The position numbers and the translations under genes are program-made. A stretch of DNA of 64,000 bases from positions 248,001 through 312,000 of the forward strand of contig NW_025767679.1 of NCBI RefSeq assembly GCF_003918875.1. The letters are read 5' to 3'. This DNA comes from Haliotis rubra (taxonomy: Eukaryota). Of the stretch, positions 23,457 to 37,410 are shown piece by piece (the first letter of the stretch is position 1; every line of letters begins with the position of its first letter). The notes beneath the pieces are model-generated. The model saw only the letters and a list, made by a program, of their open reading frames with translations, was not told where the DNA came from and made no database searches.

Positions 23457-26400
23457 CTTTCACAAATTTTACACAAAGAGAAAGTGCAGTATCAATGCAT
23501 CTATGTAGATAGTTTGACGGAACCAAATATTTCACATTCGGGACAAGAGACACAGGGACAAAAAGTGATCTCAGCTCCTCGACTACTAAAAAACCCTGTT
23601 AAAGTGTGCAAGTATTTATTTCCAGCCTAACAATTCTATTGCACTCAGCATCTTTAAACTAACGCTTTGCATACCTCCAATAACCCGTAATGTTGTTAGC
23701 GTATCACGGTTTTCTTATTTTCACCATTTTTTCAACGTGATGTTTGAATTCCAACAGGCTTTTGAATGGAAACAAATTAAGAGTCGCTTGTCCAAATACA
23801 AATCGCATCCTGCTGTCTCTCTGACATGATGGCTTGTTTAGCCTTGAAGACGTCCAAGACAAGCCTGTCGTTCTTGATAGTCGCTGGTTTCTGGCAATCA
23901 ATCAAACACATTTTTTGAAAAACAACACATCACAAAAACTGGGTTGTTTGTTAAGTTTCCAGAACGTCAAGAATAAACTGATCTCCAGATATCTCCAGCT
24001 GGGGCTGTTTTGAGGATAAGAAGCAATCACCTGTCATGAGATTTGTACCATTTGACAAACAAGTGTAATGGGTTCACATGGCAAGGTCGTGATTGTCCTC
24101 CTTGGTGTTCTTGTGCTATTGGTATTACCAGTTTTGTTTGGTAATTGTGACACGAACAAAACAGTACAGAAAAATGTTACACATGTGCAACAAGTGCAGC
24201 AGTTTGAGCCTTGAACCTTTATGCAGCTGTTAAGGGTAGTTATGTCCTGGCAGAGTTAGGAAGGCGACATTTGAAGATAGTATTTTACTGCTACCTGTTG
24301 AGACGGGCCGCTGGTATAATATTCCAAGGGACGAAATAACTTGTCAACTATGCACTTCTAAAAGCATCGCAGATGAATATCATTATAGTTTCCATTGCAA
24401 AGCATTAGATACTTTGAGGAAACAATATTTACCCTCTCATCTAACCTCTTTTCCCAATGAAACAAAGTTCACGAAAATATTATCTGTAAAAACATCTCGA
24501 GACATAGTAAATCAATCAAAATATATCCTACATCTATCATCTCTTGTCAAAAAAAAGTTAATATGTTGTTTACTGCCATCTTGAATTTGAATTTGTATTT
24601 GTATATATGTTTACAATATATGCTCTTGTACCACCAAGAGAATTGAAGTTGAAAAATTGAAATTGAACGTTGTTCATGTATATTATAGATATATGAAGGG
24701 GAGGATAATAACCAAGAGCTAAAGATGTGATGCCATATAAGATGATGAACGTCCCTTAGGCGCAGTGACTTCCAGTCCCGAGTAGTTATACTATTTGTGC
24801 AATAAGAACTACTCAATACTTACGTTTCCGAATAAGTACAAGCTGGTTTACGTTCATCCTTGTTTTCATCTAGATTCTAGAATTGTGGAGAGTTTGGGAA
24901 CCACACGTATATGTTTTAAACTAAATTTATAACATCTAATGACTTGTGGCTTTTGGGAAGTTCGTTCCACATAAAGCTGACAAGTCGTGTTATAACTGAA
25001 CTCCTTTACAAATTGACGTTAAATCAATCACTGTCAGCCACCCATTCCAGGACAGGTTTTTAGTTGTTGTTTTTCTGTCACCACTCGAACAAGTCAAGAT
25101 TATAGGATTATTTAATAAATGACTCGTTACTCAGATCACAGCTAACTGAAAATGTCATAACTCGATAAATGGTATCGGGGCTCTGTACTTAAGACCAAAG
25201 CTGTCAGTTTGAGTCCAGGCCGTCCGCCTTGAGTACACATCATCCAGGAGAACCTCCACAGTGTATTGTGTAGGCGTTCAACTGGTTAATGACGACAATC
25301 ACTGGGACGTTCAATGCTCATTGATTCAGATCAAACATAAACGTTCTCACGAAGGCGTTAACTGTAGCGGTATTTTTGTCGAACATCAATGAGTCTGATA
25401 CAGAAGCAGGTTCTAATTTTCTCTTCTAAGGATCATGCTGGACGGATGTATGCATTAGATGGACTCTGATTCTCATGAATTATTACACGACGATTACGTT
25501 TAATGAAAATGCAGTTGAGTTGAATTTAATGCCACGCGGTAGAACTTTGGTGTGCGCTCTGTGGCAAACCGGAATGAAAGGTGTGGCATTATCAGGTGCA
25601 ATTACAAGAAGATTAAGCACCAGTGACGTCTTTAGTTAATAACCTAACCTTCATCTTTAAACTTTCACAAACCCTTGACTTCAAATCCCACGTCAAAACT
25701 AATATATTCCGGAAAGTTAATGTTTTTTGTCTGTCAACCAGCTAGACATGGTGTCAAGTGACTTATATCTCACAAGGACTGCTCATAGCTAATACACAGT
25801 TCAAATGTATGTACAATATTTTGAAGGTCCTTTGGCTTGCTATTTAAAGGTATGGAATTTAGCCCAACATGATGCCGATGTGTGGCGTCCATTTCTGGTG
25901 TCCCCTGTGGCGTACAACTAAACTCACACACTCCTCCACATCATCATCGTCGTCGACGTCGTCATCAACGTTATGTCTTGTGTGATAAAATTTAACAATT
26001 AGTACCAATTAATATATCAAGAATGCTTTAGCCCCAGTTTATGATGTACACATGTATATGCCAGTTTATATGTTATAACATCATGTTATGAAAGTTTGAA
26101 TATAAGTAAGCAGGTGCATATGTATAAGAATGCAAATTCGCCAGTTTATATATTTCATAAAACTGATTAATCAAAATTACAAATGGTTTTGATAAAAAAT
26201 TGGATTCTTTCAGTATCTCAACTGGTGCAAATAATAGCTATCCAGTTCTGAAGAACTTACGAAAGAATCGATTACCTAGTGTATAGAGAAACATGATTTG
26301 CAAGATGAAAGTGTTAATTCTGAATGGATGATCAAAACGCACAGTTTGTACAGATAACGCGTGTGATGTTATAACTTGACGGGTGATTGAAGGTTCACTG

Positions 26401-27090
26401 GTTCTAACGTGTTTAACGTTTTAGGACATTCTGTTTCATGCAAAACTTGATTCTATTTTATTGATTTCTATCAATAACATGAACAAATAAAAGATATTGC
26501 TTCATATCTCTCTGATTTAAAATGTCATTAAAACTACAATGAAAAATGTTTCTGAATAGGAACATATTCTCTTTATCCTTTCACAACAGTTCTGAGGTAT
26601 GAACACAATTTATAACATATTTATAACATGAAAGCACAATTCAGCAAATGGATTAGCATTATCTGCTATATCTGGTTTTCGATTGATCATTCAACTTTGA
26701 TAAACACTTTGTATCCTTAGCCAGACAAATAGTTGACTGCATAACTTCTTCAGCAACTGTTTGAACCATACAGTCTTCTCTTTGTATGAGATTTGTATTG
26801 ATAAGAATATCTAACCGGCCTGTTAACTGTGTTGAATGATTTACATAAATTTTGTATGTTTTTCTGCGGTGGGTTGCTGGAACATTCTAAGTACTTTTAC
26901 AATCTTTACCTGTTGTCCATGGAACTTACATTGATTTGAGGTTCAATTAGCGCTCCTATCTGTGGTAACGTTTGGTGGTTTTAATCATATCGTATTGTTA
27001 TGTGGTACACCAACGACATCATCCAATATTTATGAACTTCTAGCTATAAAAACCTACATTCTGTTGTCTCCTTGGTGTGTTCCCATGATT

Positions 27091-27459
27091 AGTGTCTGAT
27101 GTCCCTCAGTGCGCAGTGTCTGATGTTCCTCGGTGCATAGTGGCTGATGTCCTTCGGTGCGTAGTGTCTGATGTCCCCCAGTGCGTAGTGTCTGATGTCC
27201 TTCGGTACGTAATGTCTGAAGCCCCCCAGTGCGTAGTGTCTGATGTCCATCAGTGCGCAGTGTCTGATGTCTCTCAGTGCGGGGTGTCTGAGGTCCTTCG
27301 GTGCGTAATGTCTGAAGTCCCCAAGTGCGTAGTGTCTGATGTCCCTAGTGCAGAGTGTCTGATGTCCCTAGTGCGGAGTGTCTGATGTCAATCAGTGCGC
27401 AGTGTCTGATGTCTCTCAGTGCGTAGTGTATAATGTCCCTCGGTGCGTATTGTCTGATC
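27091..27459. repeat. 24-bp minisatellite, about 15 units
   Basis: Unit approximately AGTGTCTGATGTCCCTCAGTGCGT. It explains the SDVPQCVV periodic ORF at 27092-27385. Confidence 0.93.
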
Positions 27460-30252
27460 AGTAACATCGCCCAGTAACATCCCTTAGTAACATCTCCCAA
27501 AAGATGCTCCCGGCACTACGCTAAGTACATATGGTTCGTAAAGGTTTCATCGCTACGTTCGTGGTTCGAACCCAGATTCACCTTCATTATGCCCTTGGTT
27601 GGTCAGTGTGAAACCAATGCATATGTAGCTGAGCATGCGGTAATAGTCAAAGACCTGCAAGAGAGGTAACGTGAAATATAGAAATACGTTTCATCGTTAA
27701 GCACAACGTACTCACTGGGTCGTGTAAGAACAGACCATAGCTCTTTCCCTGTTTGCCGAACAAAGGTTATTGTATGTATTGATTGTATGACAGAACTTGT
27801 ACGTGCATCATAAGATACTGGTTTCTTGAAGCCCGGTGGTGAACGATTTTGTTCTCAACAGACTGCTCCCCCGCCCATAACAATCCGTGTCCGCAATAAT
27901 CGCTAATACAAAGATGCAAGAACACGATTAACTTACAAATAGCCAGAGAAGCCCTCGCATTTTCTCAAAATAGCAATAAATATTTCAAAGGCATGATATT
28001 ACCGAACCTTATCTGACTACGGTTAATCCTTTGGGACATTTGGGCTTTGAATGACAAGATCATCATCGTTTCTTAGATCACGAACACTAATTAATTTATA
28101 TCAGTACCATTTGACGCTTTGGTGTGAATTCTTCTTTTAATAACTTTTAAATACTATTTTATTTCTTTTATTAAATTATATAACATAGTTGAATGTGTTA
28201 GTCAGATGCTACGGTGAGGAAAATTGTATAAGGATATTGCAGAATAGGGAGGTATTTATCCGAGCGTGGTAACATTTGTGTCAAAATGAATTTCAAGAGA
28301 ATAGAATTCTCTGGTGAAAATTGTGTGGTCTCATTAAAAATAATGTTTTGATATTTAAACTGTTTTTATGAAAGGTTGTTTGTAGCATTCAAGCCGAAAT
28401 CATTTTCACAGCCTAGATGATTCACATCCAATACGCTATGATGAATATTTGATTAAATGACAGAACCCTTGCCTTGAACACCTTCTTCTACATGTGTTGA
28501 AGCCATAGTGAGAACTGTCTCATTGCACTTAAGACATTACTTTGAATTCTTATTTCAATAATATAATCAATCTTTTAAGAGTTCAAATATAAATTGCATT
28601 CAGAGGATTGAAATGATGGTGCTGTTCAGTCAGCAATAGTGTCCCAATGGTTTATTTGGATTATTGCCAAGGTATGTCGATGCATTCAGTAAATAAAAGA
28701 TTAATGTAATTTTTGCAATAATTTCATCTTTGCACCACTAATAGCAATGTCATTTCATCTTCTGTGGTAATAAGATGACAGTCACATTCTCCTTTTTGAT
28801 GTCCTAATATCGCTTTAATGTCAATGAAAACATCCAAACTAGTCATGGAGTCTGTAGCGCGGTCCTCTGAGCATTCCGTAATATTAACGTTACTGTAATA
28901 GTCCAGTTCCGATTTCCCTCAAATGTATTAGCGTTCTGTTACAAATTAACATACGTTGGTCGATTCGGTTTGCGGATAGCGGCTCTGACATAAGAACATC
29001 CCATTCTGTGTACATGTAATCAGTTGTGAAGAAGATCTAGGGTTGTGATATAGTTAATGCAGAAAGATAATATCTTATACTTCCAATATTACACAACCGA
29101 TTTTCTAGATTAACAATGAATCAGAGAACGGTAATGAGATGCATAAGGTTGATTAAGACAGAGAAACATCACGTTGATGGGTATATTGAGGGAAACAAAC
29201 TGATATCTAAACTAGTGGCGTATTTCTACTGGGCACTGACAGGTTGCCTGCAGGTGCAGAAATGTTTCATTACTTTGGCTTGTCTCATGGTACTATACAT
29301 GATGGTGTGTTTTAAATCTCCATACTCAGTCCCATTATATAATTATGATGCTACTACCACATTTGCCTTTTGTGCCTTAGGTATCTCCCTAGAGTACAGT
29401 AACCTTGTAAACTTTCAAGTGAGACCTACAGAGAGGATTTACATTTGAATTGTAAGATCTGCTTTGAGTTTTTCCACCTGAATCGTATAAACATCCCCTT
29501 ACTATATCTAGTGTTGGCCTTCGGATAGATGTGAGAGACAATTGATTTTCACATGTATATTTCATGACGTGAACTGAACCAGAAACTCACATAACATATT
29601 TTTAGCACTGGGGCAGCGATGGAAGGGTGTTCATTACTTGTCTGCATGCTGCACATGGTCCTTCTCTTGTCCTCTGTCAACGAATTAGTTACTTACCACG
29701 AGTACCGTATTGTTTCACAATATCCAATGTTTTCATGCTTCCGGCACACTTCTTGCATTTAGGTTATAAGTCAGATAAAACAATCCTAATCGGTTTTAGT
29801 CGAAATATGTTTCATCAAAACGTTATAGTCGTGCTTTAACAATTATTGACGGTTCAAAAGTTAAAAAAACACACACCATGAATAAACGGATTTGATTTGA
29901 ACATGAAAAATAGCTAATAATAGCAATAATATAAATTCTAAACTGATTACTCTAAAGCTGTTACACCGATACATTGCTTAATTAATTAACGTAAATTTGA
30001 TAGTAGATAAATAAGTGACGCGTTTGTTGTGTTTACGAATGCTAGAGCCCAGCAGGACGGCACAAGTCTAATGGATTTCGAGAAGAAAATGTTATGTCAA
30101 TTTCTTAATGTTGGTGATTTATGTTGTTTTTGTCACGCTGGTGGTATATTCGTGACAATTCAACTTTCTTGTTTACTTTTATTGCAATCAATTACGATAA
30201 TCTTTCATTGGGTTTCAGACGTGCGTCTAAGTCATCCAGAAAGATTTTCGTT

Positions 30253-30415
30253 TAGCCTAGTGGTTTAAGCGTCCGCTCGTCACGCTGAAGGCCAGAATTC
30301 GAATCCCCACATGGGGTACAATGTGTGAAGTCCATTTCAGGTTTCCCCCGCCCGGATATTGCTGGAATATTGCTAAAAGCGGCGTAAAACTAAATTCAGT
30401 CAGTCAGTCAGTCAG
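30253..30415 (+). mobile_element. Family A SINE
   Basis: TAGCCTAGTGGTTTAAGCGTCCGCTCGTCACGC head, common tail and (CAGT)n terminus. Flanking direct repeat GTTTAGC. Confidence 0.85.
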
Positions 30416-30785
30416 TTTAGCGTTTTAGAAATTATTAGCGTTTGCGTTATGCTTGTGTGTAATTATTAGGGTTTCTTTTATGAATGTGAGTAATGTTTTG
30501 GGTGGATGCAATGCTTGTGAATAATTATAACGGTCTCTGTTATGCCTGTTAGTGATTATTTTGGTTTGTGTTATGCTTGTGAGAAATTATCAGGGTTGGA
30601 CCTTTGTTGTCGTTCATTTGGAAACGTACATTTGTACATTTGAATATCATATTCAGTTTCGTACGTTTGACCGTTTTGTTCCCATCGTATACATGGATAA
30701 ACGAATGTTTACTGCCAATTATTTATATATTTATGTCATTTGGTGTCATGAGTATATTCATTGATATGGTCTTAGTACCCAACAG

Positions 30786-30945
30786 AGTGGGTGGGATATC
30801 CCAGTGGTTAAAGCGTCCGCTCGTCACGCCGAAGGCCCGGGTTCGATTCCCCACATAGGTACCATGTGTGAAGCCCATTTGTGGTGTCCCCAGTCGTGAT
30901 ATTGCTGGAATATTGCAAAAGCGGCGTAAAACTAAACTCACTCAC
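30786..30945 (+). mobile_element. Family A SINE
   Basis: Intact head CCGGGTTCGATTCCCCAC and common tail with (CACT)n. Flanking direct repeat CTTAGTACC(C/A)AACA. Confidence 0.88.
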
Positions 30946-31027
30946 TTAGTACCAAACAACCAAACAAAAGGAATCGTGAATTATATGGCAACAGGGATTT
31001 GCTCAAGAAACAAGTAAACAAATTGAA

Positions 31028-31312
31028 GAATGAGGACTGTTTTATGGATATACAACTTCTTTCTTCTATATAGGCGACGTTTCTACATAGATTCTAATGT
31101 CGTTGTCAAGCAAGTGGTACATGGGAAGTAATTTGGGTGAAATATATACATGAGATGTTTGTACAATAGATATACATATTTCACCCAAATTACTTCCCAT
31201 GTACCACTTGCTTGACAACGACATTAGAATCTATGTCGAAACGTCGCCCTTTTATATCCATAAAAATAGTCCTTATTTTTCATCTACCCAACTTCTAGAA
31301 TGCCAATCAAAG
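31028..31312. mobile_element. Palindromic Penelope-like pLTR insertion with a hammerhead-like motif on each arm
   Basis: 73-bp inverted arms at 31073-31145 and 31176-31248 (1 mismatch). The right arm has CTTGACAAC-GAC..GTC-GAAACGTC. The 3' end CTTCTAGAATGCCAATCAAAGA is shared with the Penelope-like remnant at ~41769. 16-bp TSD AAGTAAACAAATTGAA at 31012-31027 and 31313-31328. Confidence 0.7.
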
Positions 31313-32231
31313 AAGTAAACAAATTGAATGAAATACAGTAAAGCCTTAAAGAGGCTCTATGCTCTATGAAAGGAGTCTCATTTTGCGACTAGGTGAAAAT
31401 GTTATGATGTTACTCATGTGAAACAGAGACGATGTTTCGATGCCGTTTGGGTAGACATTAATTATTACATAGATATAACAGTTATGGTTTCAATGACTTT
31501 AATCAAATGTACTGGGGCTGTCAATTAGACCCGAAGCAGATATCAACTGCAATGTGTATTTGCAAGAACCGTTTGAAATGGGAAAGATTGATGTATAGTC
31601 TCTCGATTCTGTATGCAAGAAAATGTAAACTGAAAATAGTTTTAATTCAGTTGAATAAATCACTGAGAGGTTATTATACTGGACAAATAGTGGACAAAAG
31701 TTTTGAAATTATGAATAATTATCTATTTATTCATTGACACACTGATGAAATATCAATCATAAAAATACCAATATCCCTAACTTGTTTTGTCCAGTATATT
31801 TCAAAACCTACGATAATCACACATTAATCACATTAGCCCTTCAAATGCTATGATCCGAAAAAGGTAAAAAATATTTATGCCCCTGTCAAGTCAAGTCAAG
31901 TTGTTTATTTGTATGAAGGCCATTGGCCCATATACACATAGTACGTTTACATCGAGCATTAATTACATACAATGTACAATATACAAGGATGATTTATATA
32001 TGTTACAGATTTAAAACATTTTGTTCTCTTAAGATTAAGCTTTGACAGACCTATCGACATAAATTTATTTAATACATCACTACACTTTGAATTCATTGAA
32101 TTCATTCCTATAGTGTTTACATACAAGGATAAAATGATACTCATTTTCAATTCCATTTTTACACAATTGACATAATCGCTGACTTAATTCAATTCCAAAA
32201 CACCTTCCCTCGTTAACTTTTAATTTTAAAA

Positions 32232-35200
32232 TTAATTAATCATTATATTTCGTTGTTTTTTACTTGTTATTAGAGAGAGGTACTTTTCTGGTTCTAGTAG
32301 GCTTTTATACTGTCTATATACACTATATCGAGAACTTTCTTGTATAGTACCATTCCATGACTGTAAATACATATTAACTGCAACATTCTTAAACATTTCA
32401 AGGAAAAATGAAATATCACCAACACCTTGAGACAACCAAACATACCCAAAACCATGTGATAATATCACCAACACCCTGAGACAACCAAACATACCCAAAA
32501 CCATGTGAAAATAGAAGATTACGAACATAAGAAATATAAGTTGTATATCCACAGTTATCATAATAAAGTAACATGTCATAAGCTTTCTTTGGTATTCTAT
32601 AATGACCCATAGATACAAGTTTTAACCAATATTTTACAAATTGACATTGTGCATTTATGTACAGTGGATATCGGCCACATTCACCGTATACAATGGCATT
32701 TGGTGTCTGTGGACCGACGTTTAAAAACTTTTTACATGCAGTGAGATGGACATTTTCAATTTTATAGAAATTATTATAACCCCAAACTTCAGCACCATAT
32801 AAAAGAATTGTTTGGATTTGCGTATCAAATATCTTAAAGAAAACGGAATAGTCGACAAAATCTAGTTTATACAGGTGATGAATAACTTCCAATAAAGACC
32901 TTTTACCCCTAGATGACAAATCTTGTATACATTTATTAAATTTACATGAGGACGCAAAGAGAATACCTAGATATCTATACGAATCTACTGTTATAACATT
33001 ATTTCCTTTATAAAACCATTTTTCGTGCTTCGACAGGCGCCCACCTCTTCTAAAAGCTACAATATTTGTTTTCTCCAAATTTACTGTTAGACCCCACGTA
33101 TCTGCATATTGTTCTAAAATGTTAAGTTGTCTTTGAAGACCAGATATTACATCGGAGACTAAAATCACATCATCAGCAAATAATAATAACAATATCTCGA
33201 TCATATCAGGGAAGAGCTGAACACCATATTTTCCATTATTAGCAATTTCTAAAGAAAGTTCATTTATGAAGAAAGAAAATAAAAGCGGACTTAAAATACA
33301 ACCTTGCCGCAAACCGATTGGACATTAAAAAAAATCAGTGAACATATTATTATTACTTCTAACACAAGATTTTACAGATCTATAGATACTCTGAAGTGCT
33401 CTTAACATCTTTCCACTTAATCCAGATGAATATAAACATTCCCAAAGTTTATTACGGTCAATGGAGTCAAACGCCTTCCTAAAATCTATAAAGGCTACAT
33501 AAAACTTCTTTTTCTTCTTCAATAAACATTTTTGTATTAAAGCATATAAAGTACATATATGGTCCATAGCAGAATACCCATGTCGAAATCCAGCTTGGGT
33601 TTCTGTAAGTTTATCACGTATAGTAGCCCAGTTAGTCAATCTATTATTTAGTATACATGCATATATTTTACTTAATGTACAAAGAAGTGAAATTCCCCTG
33701 TAATTATCTGGATTATCCTTATTGCCTTTCTTATGTAAGGGGATGATAATTGCCTTAGTCCACTGCTCAGGAAATAAGGCTGAATCAAACATTCGATTAA
33801 ATAAATTTCTTAAAAATGGAGTAATGAGAGTTTCAGAACATTTCAACATTTCGGCAACAATATGATCATGACCCGGTGATTTGCCATTCTTTATATGGGT
33901 GATGGCATCATGAATTTCTACATCAGTAATAGGCGATTCAAGAATACATTTATCAATTTCATCTAACGGTTTATCATCATACGCCTTAAAATCTACATTA
34001 AACTGGGTACCCATACTATTAAACACATTCTTAAAATGGTTCATCCACATGTCTGGTTCAATGTTTGAAGTACTAACATCTGTACGGGAGAGACTTCTTA
34101 ATTCCTTCCAAAATCTCGAAGAGTTTTTGACATTATCATACAGGAACCTTCTTTTCTTGTTCTGGTAATTATATTTTGACATTTTACATACATATTTATA
34201 TCTATTTCTCATCTGACAGTACAACCGTCTATTTTCATGACATTTATTATTTCTAAATCTTCTCAAGTGTTTTCTCGCTTCTTGTTTGGCATTTTTACAT
34301 TTCATATCATAAAATCCTTTATGCCGTTGTTCAGCTTTAATTCTAACTGTTCTTTTCATACATTCAGCAGCTGAGACAATAGCATTTACAAACATGTCTA
34401 TGCTCTCCGTAAGATTGTCCTCAACTCTATTAGTTATATCATGTAACGAGGGGTATGACGTATTCAACGAACTTAAGAATAATGGAGTCATATTCTCATC
34501 CCACTTATATGTAAATATTGGTGTTACATTCTGCATTCTGCGTTAAATTAGTTACAGGGTCTGACAATGTTGTAGATTGAAAACAAAGGATAACAGGCAT
34601 ATGCTTTGAGTCGACTCTACAGTCGACAAGTAAGTCATGAGACAGATAAAACAAATCAACGCTACTGATGAAGAAGTCCACAACACTACATCCTTGTTCT
34701 GATAAATAGGTGCTGTCTCCCTTTCTATCACCCGGAGTTCTACTGTTAAACATGTAAAGGTTATGCGAGAAACAAAATCAAGCAGTTTACGCCCAAACGT
34801 ATTCACACAGTTATCACATGATTGTCTTACATTCACCGGTACTGAGGTTTCCTCAGGAAATGCTGTTTCGTCTAGTCCATGCCTGTATAGTGTCTCTGGT
34901 GGGTTATTACCCCCACCTACACGAGCATTTACGTCCCCACATATGATGACGTCACACCCGTGATCTGCGTTATCTATCAGCCACTGATCTATCTGCTCGA
35001 TAGCAGTCGTCTTGTCAGCTGCAACATAGAATGTTGAGCCAATGGGTGGGAACATAGGTAGCAAAAATAAGTATATCTTTATCATTACCAATGCTAGTTT
35101 TGTCTAACTTTATGCAGACAACATTATCCATATCAACTGTTATCTGTTGGCTACTGTACGACAGCGTGTGTTTTATTTAGACAATCACTCCACCAGATAA

Positions 35201-35400
35201 TCTTCCAGCCTTAGCTAGCCTACGAGCTTTTGACATATACATGTTATAGGCGGAGAGCTGAGGTTTGGGTATCACTTTGTCTACAAATGTTTCCACAAGA
35301 CAAATCATTTCAAAATCTTTAATGTAGGAGATGAAATCAACATTATCAATTTTCGACAATAATCCTTCAATATTCCAGGCTACAAATCTGAAACTAAAGG
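32232..35400 (-). pseudogene. LINE ORF2 (APE endonuclease plus reverse transcriptase), broken by frameshifts and a ~44-bp duplication
   Basis: APE motifs FVAWNIEGL, CLVET, CGDVNAR, VVDFF, SKHMPV. RT motifs GKSPGHD, NYRGISLL, QAGFR, FIDFRKAFDSI, RQGCILSPLLF, LLFADD, YRYLG. C-terminal GECGRYPL..KYWLKL. Spans track ORFs 35177-35359, 34552-35091, 34505-34753, 33325-34536 and 32416-33312. Confidence 0.93.
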
Positions 35401-35508
35401 GAGAAGAACAATGAACACCTGATATATGCTGTTGGTGGTGTCGGAGGGCCGGGCCGTGTCCCTAGCTGTGATCCATAGCGACAGAGTTGCCAGTTGACGA
35501 CCCTGCAG

Positions 35509-36546
35509 CTACAGAGGGGGCAGGTCTGTGTACGACCCTGCAGCAACAGACGGGGGCGGGTCTCCAGTCCGGTGTCTGGACTGTGAGGCGGGTGTGGAGT
35601 TGACCGAACTTCTCGGTGTGGCACGCACATATCTTCTTGTCTTGTCCACTTGTGATGAGTCAGAAGTGCCTGGTTTTGTGATAAGCTTACCATTCTTGTA
35701 ATAAGCGATAAGCCCCTTACGTTTCAAATCGGCTAGAGTCTCCCTTTGCTGTTTCGTTAAATCGTTTGCTACACCAATGTTACCATGTTTGAGGTCGTTA
35801 CGGTGCTTTAGGACTGTTCTTTTCTCCTCGGTCAGAGCAAATCTAACAATGAGAGGACGATTTATCCTGGGGTGATTGTTTATTACCAATACGATGAGCA
35901 CGCACAATATCTGACTTCAACCAATCTTGGTTTTCACAAAGTCATTTAGGGCAGAAACAACTATATCTTTGCAGGCATCGAAAGTTTCATCCTGCTGTTC
36001 TGCTACACCGTACAATATAATATTGTCTCGACGACTATATGCTTCCAGTCTGTCAATATCTGATTCTTGTTTCAAAACCTTAGTTTCAATGTCATTTAGT
36101 TTCTGTGCTAGTGCGTCTAAGTCGCTATACATAGTAATTTGCTCTTGGCGTACTCTCTCTATATCGTTTCTTATATCCGACATTGAAGATTCTAGAGAAG
36201 AACATTTGCTACCCTGATCATTGAGTTTAGTCTTTATGTCACTCATCTCCGAAAAGTCCACCAATTCAGAGAGAATATCTGCTTTTAGTTCACTTTTCAG
36301 AGCGTTTAGATATTTCATAGTTACTGGGCCAGGGTTAGTCTCAACATCGTTTGAGAGCACTAACTGTAGTCTTGTTGCATGTTCAGGTCTGTTGTCACAA
36401 ATCAACAGTGACCCGTCATTTCCAATATGTCGATACGCTCCAGTGAACATGAAGCAATGGCGTGTGACGTCAGTGATCAAAACACACTCATTTTCACGAG
36501 GTATGAAACTGAGAGCAACAAATGCATAGTGACTAGCACAGAGCAC
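35509..36546 (-). pseudogene. LINE ORF1 (2A-like peptide, coiled coil, L1-ORF1-like RRM), one frameshift near 35915
   Basis: LQLVLSNDVETNPGP, a heptad-rich stretch, SRRDNIILYGVAE and RPLIVRF..VANDLT motifs typical of L1-type ORF1 RRM/CTD. Confidence 0.8.
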
Positions 36547-36576
36547 ACGGAGAGTCGTAGCGGCATGTCTGAGGTG

Positions 36577-36633
36577 TGAATTGCTGGAATATTGCTAAAA
36601 GCGGCGTAAAACTATACTCACTCACTCACTCAC
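36577..36633 (+). mobile_element. Tail-only family A SINE insertion
   Basis: TTGCTGGAATATTGCTAAAAGCGGCGTAAAAC+(CACT)4, flanked by the direct repeat TCTGAGGT. Confidence 0.75.
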
Positions 36634-37160
36634 TCTGAGGTTTGAGTGTGAGGTATATAGTCCCTGTCCGTGCAGACATGGCTCACCTGTCGTGTCCCGG
36701 GTTGGTGGACAAAGTTGCCGATCCTGGCTCTATAAGTGGCTAGATCGACCATGTTAGCTTCTTCAGATGTTCCAGGAGTATATGCTAAGTTCATGTACTT
36801 AGTATTCTCTCATCCGTCATTGACTTTATAACGAATTTATCTGTCTGTTTCTTAATAAAGGATTAATCGATAATTTACTGAAGACGATTTTGCCTAACAA
36901 AACAGTATAAACACTGCATCCCATGACCCACTTGAGTCATTATATTGATGCATCGGTGTTATACTTTACATTACACAAGGTGCAATACTGTTAAAGGTCA
37001 GGAGATGAATGAGGCTGCGCGGTGCCGGCAGGTGTCATTACGGTCTCATCAAGACTGATAAACAAGGAACTTCTGTTTGGTAGGAATTTATCTAAACATA
37101 TCATAGGAAGCCTCCTTTGCCTGTGTAGATTGAACTTCAGCCTTATTTACTAACGTGATA

Positions 37161-37317
37161 TGGGGCGGTAGGGTAGCCTAGTGGTTAAAACGTTCGCTCG
37201 ACACGTTGAAGACCCGGGTTCGATTTCCCACATGGGTATAATGTGTGAAGCCCATTTCTGATGTCCAGTGATATTGCTGGAATATTGCTCAAAGCGGCGT
37301 AAAACTAACCTCACTCA
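37161..37317 (+). mobile_element. Family A SINE
   Basis: Full tRNA head and tail. Flanking direct repeat ACTAAC(G/A)TGATATG. Confidence 0.88.
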
Positions 37318-37410
37318 CTAACATGATATGCCCGTCTATAGCAAACCTCATAGTAAGTTTGGAAAGTTATATTCGTATTCGTTCTGCTTGTTAATAATTG
37401 TGCCCTTTCC

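Larger units (their letters stand above)
31886..36570 (-). mobile_element. Near full-length non-LTR retrotransposon, probably RTE-X clade, frameshifted
   Basis: Contains ORF1 (coiled coil plus RRM-like region), an APE endonuclease and an RT. The 3' end has a GGCC-AAT-GGCC stem-loop, AATAAA and a (CTTGA)3 tail at 31886-31930. A possible short TSD CCCTGTC lies at 31881 and 36662 (tentative). Confidence 0.9.

Noticed and set aside
27092-27385. Cys/Val-rich 97-aa ORF
   Set aside because: It is the translation of a 24-bp minisatellite, with no ATG start or splice support.
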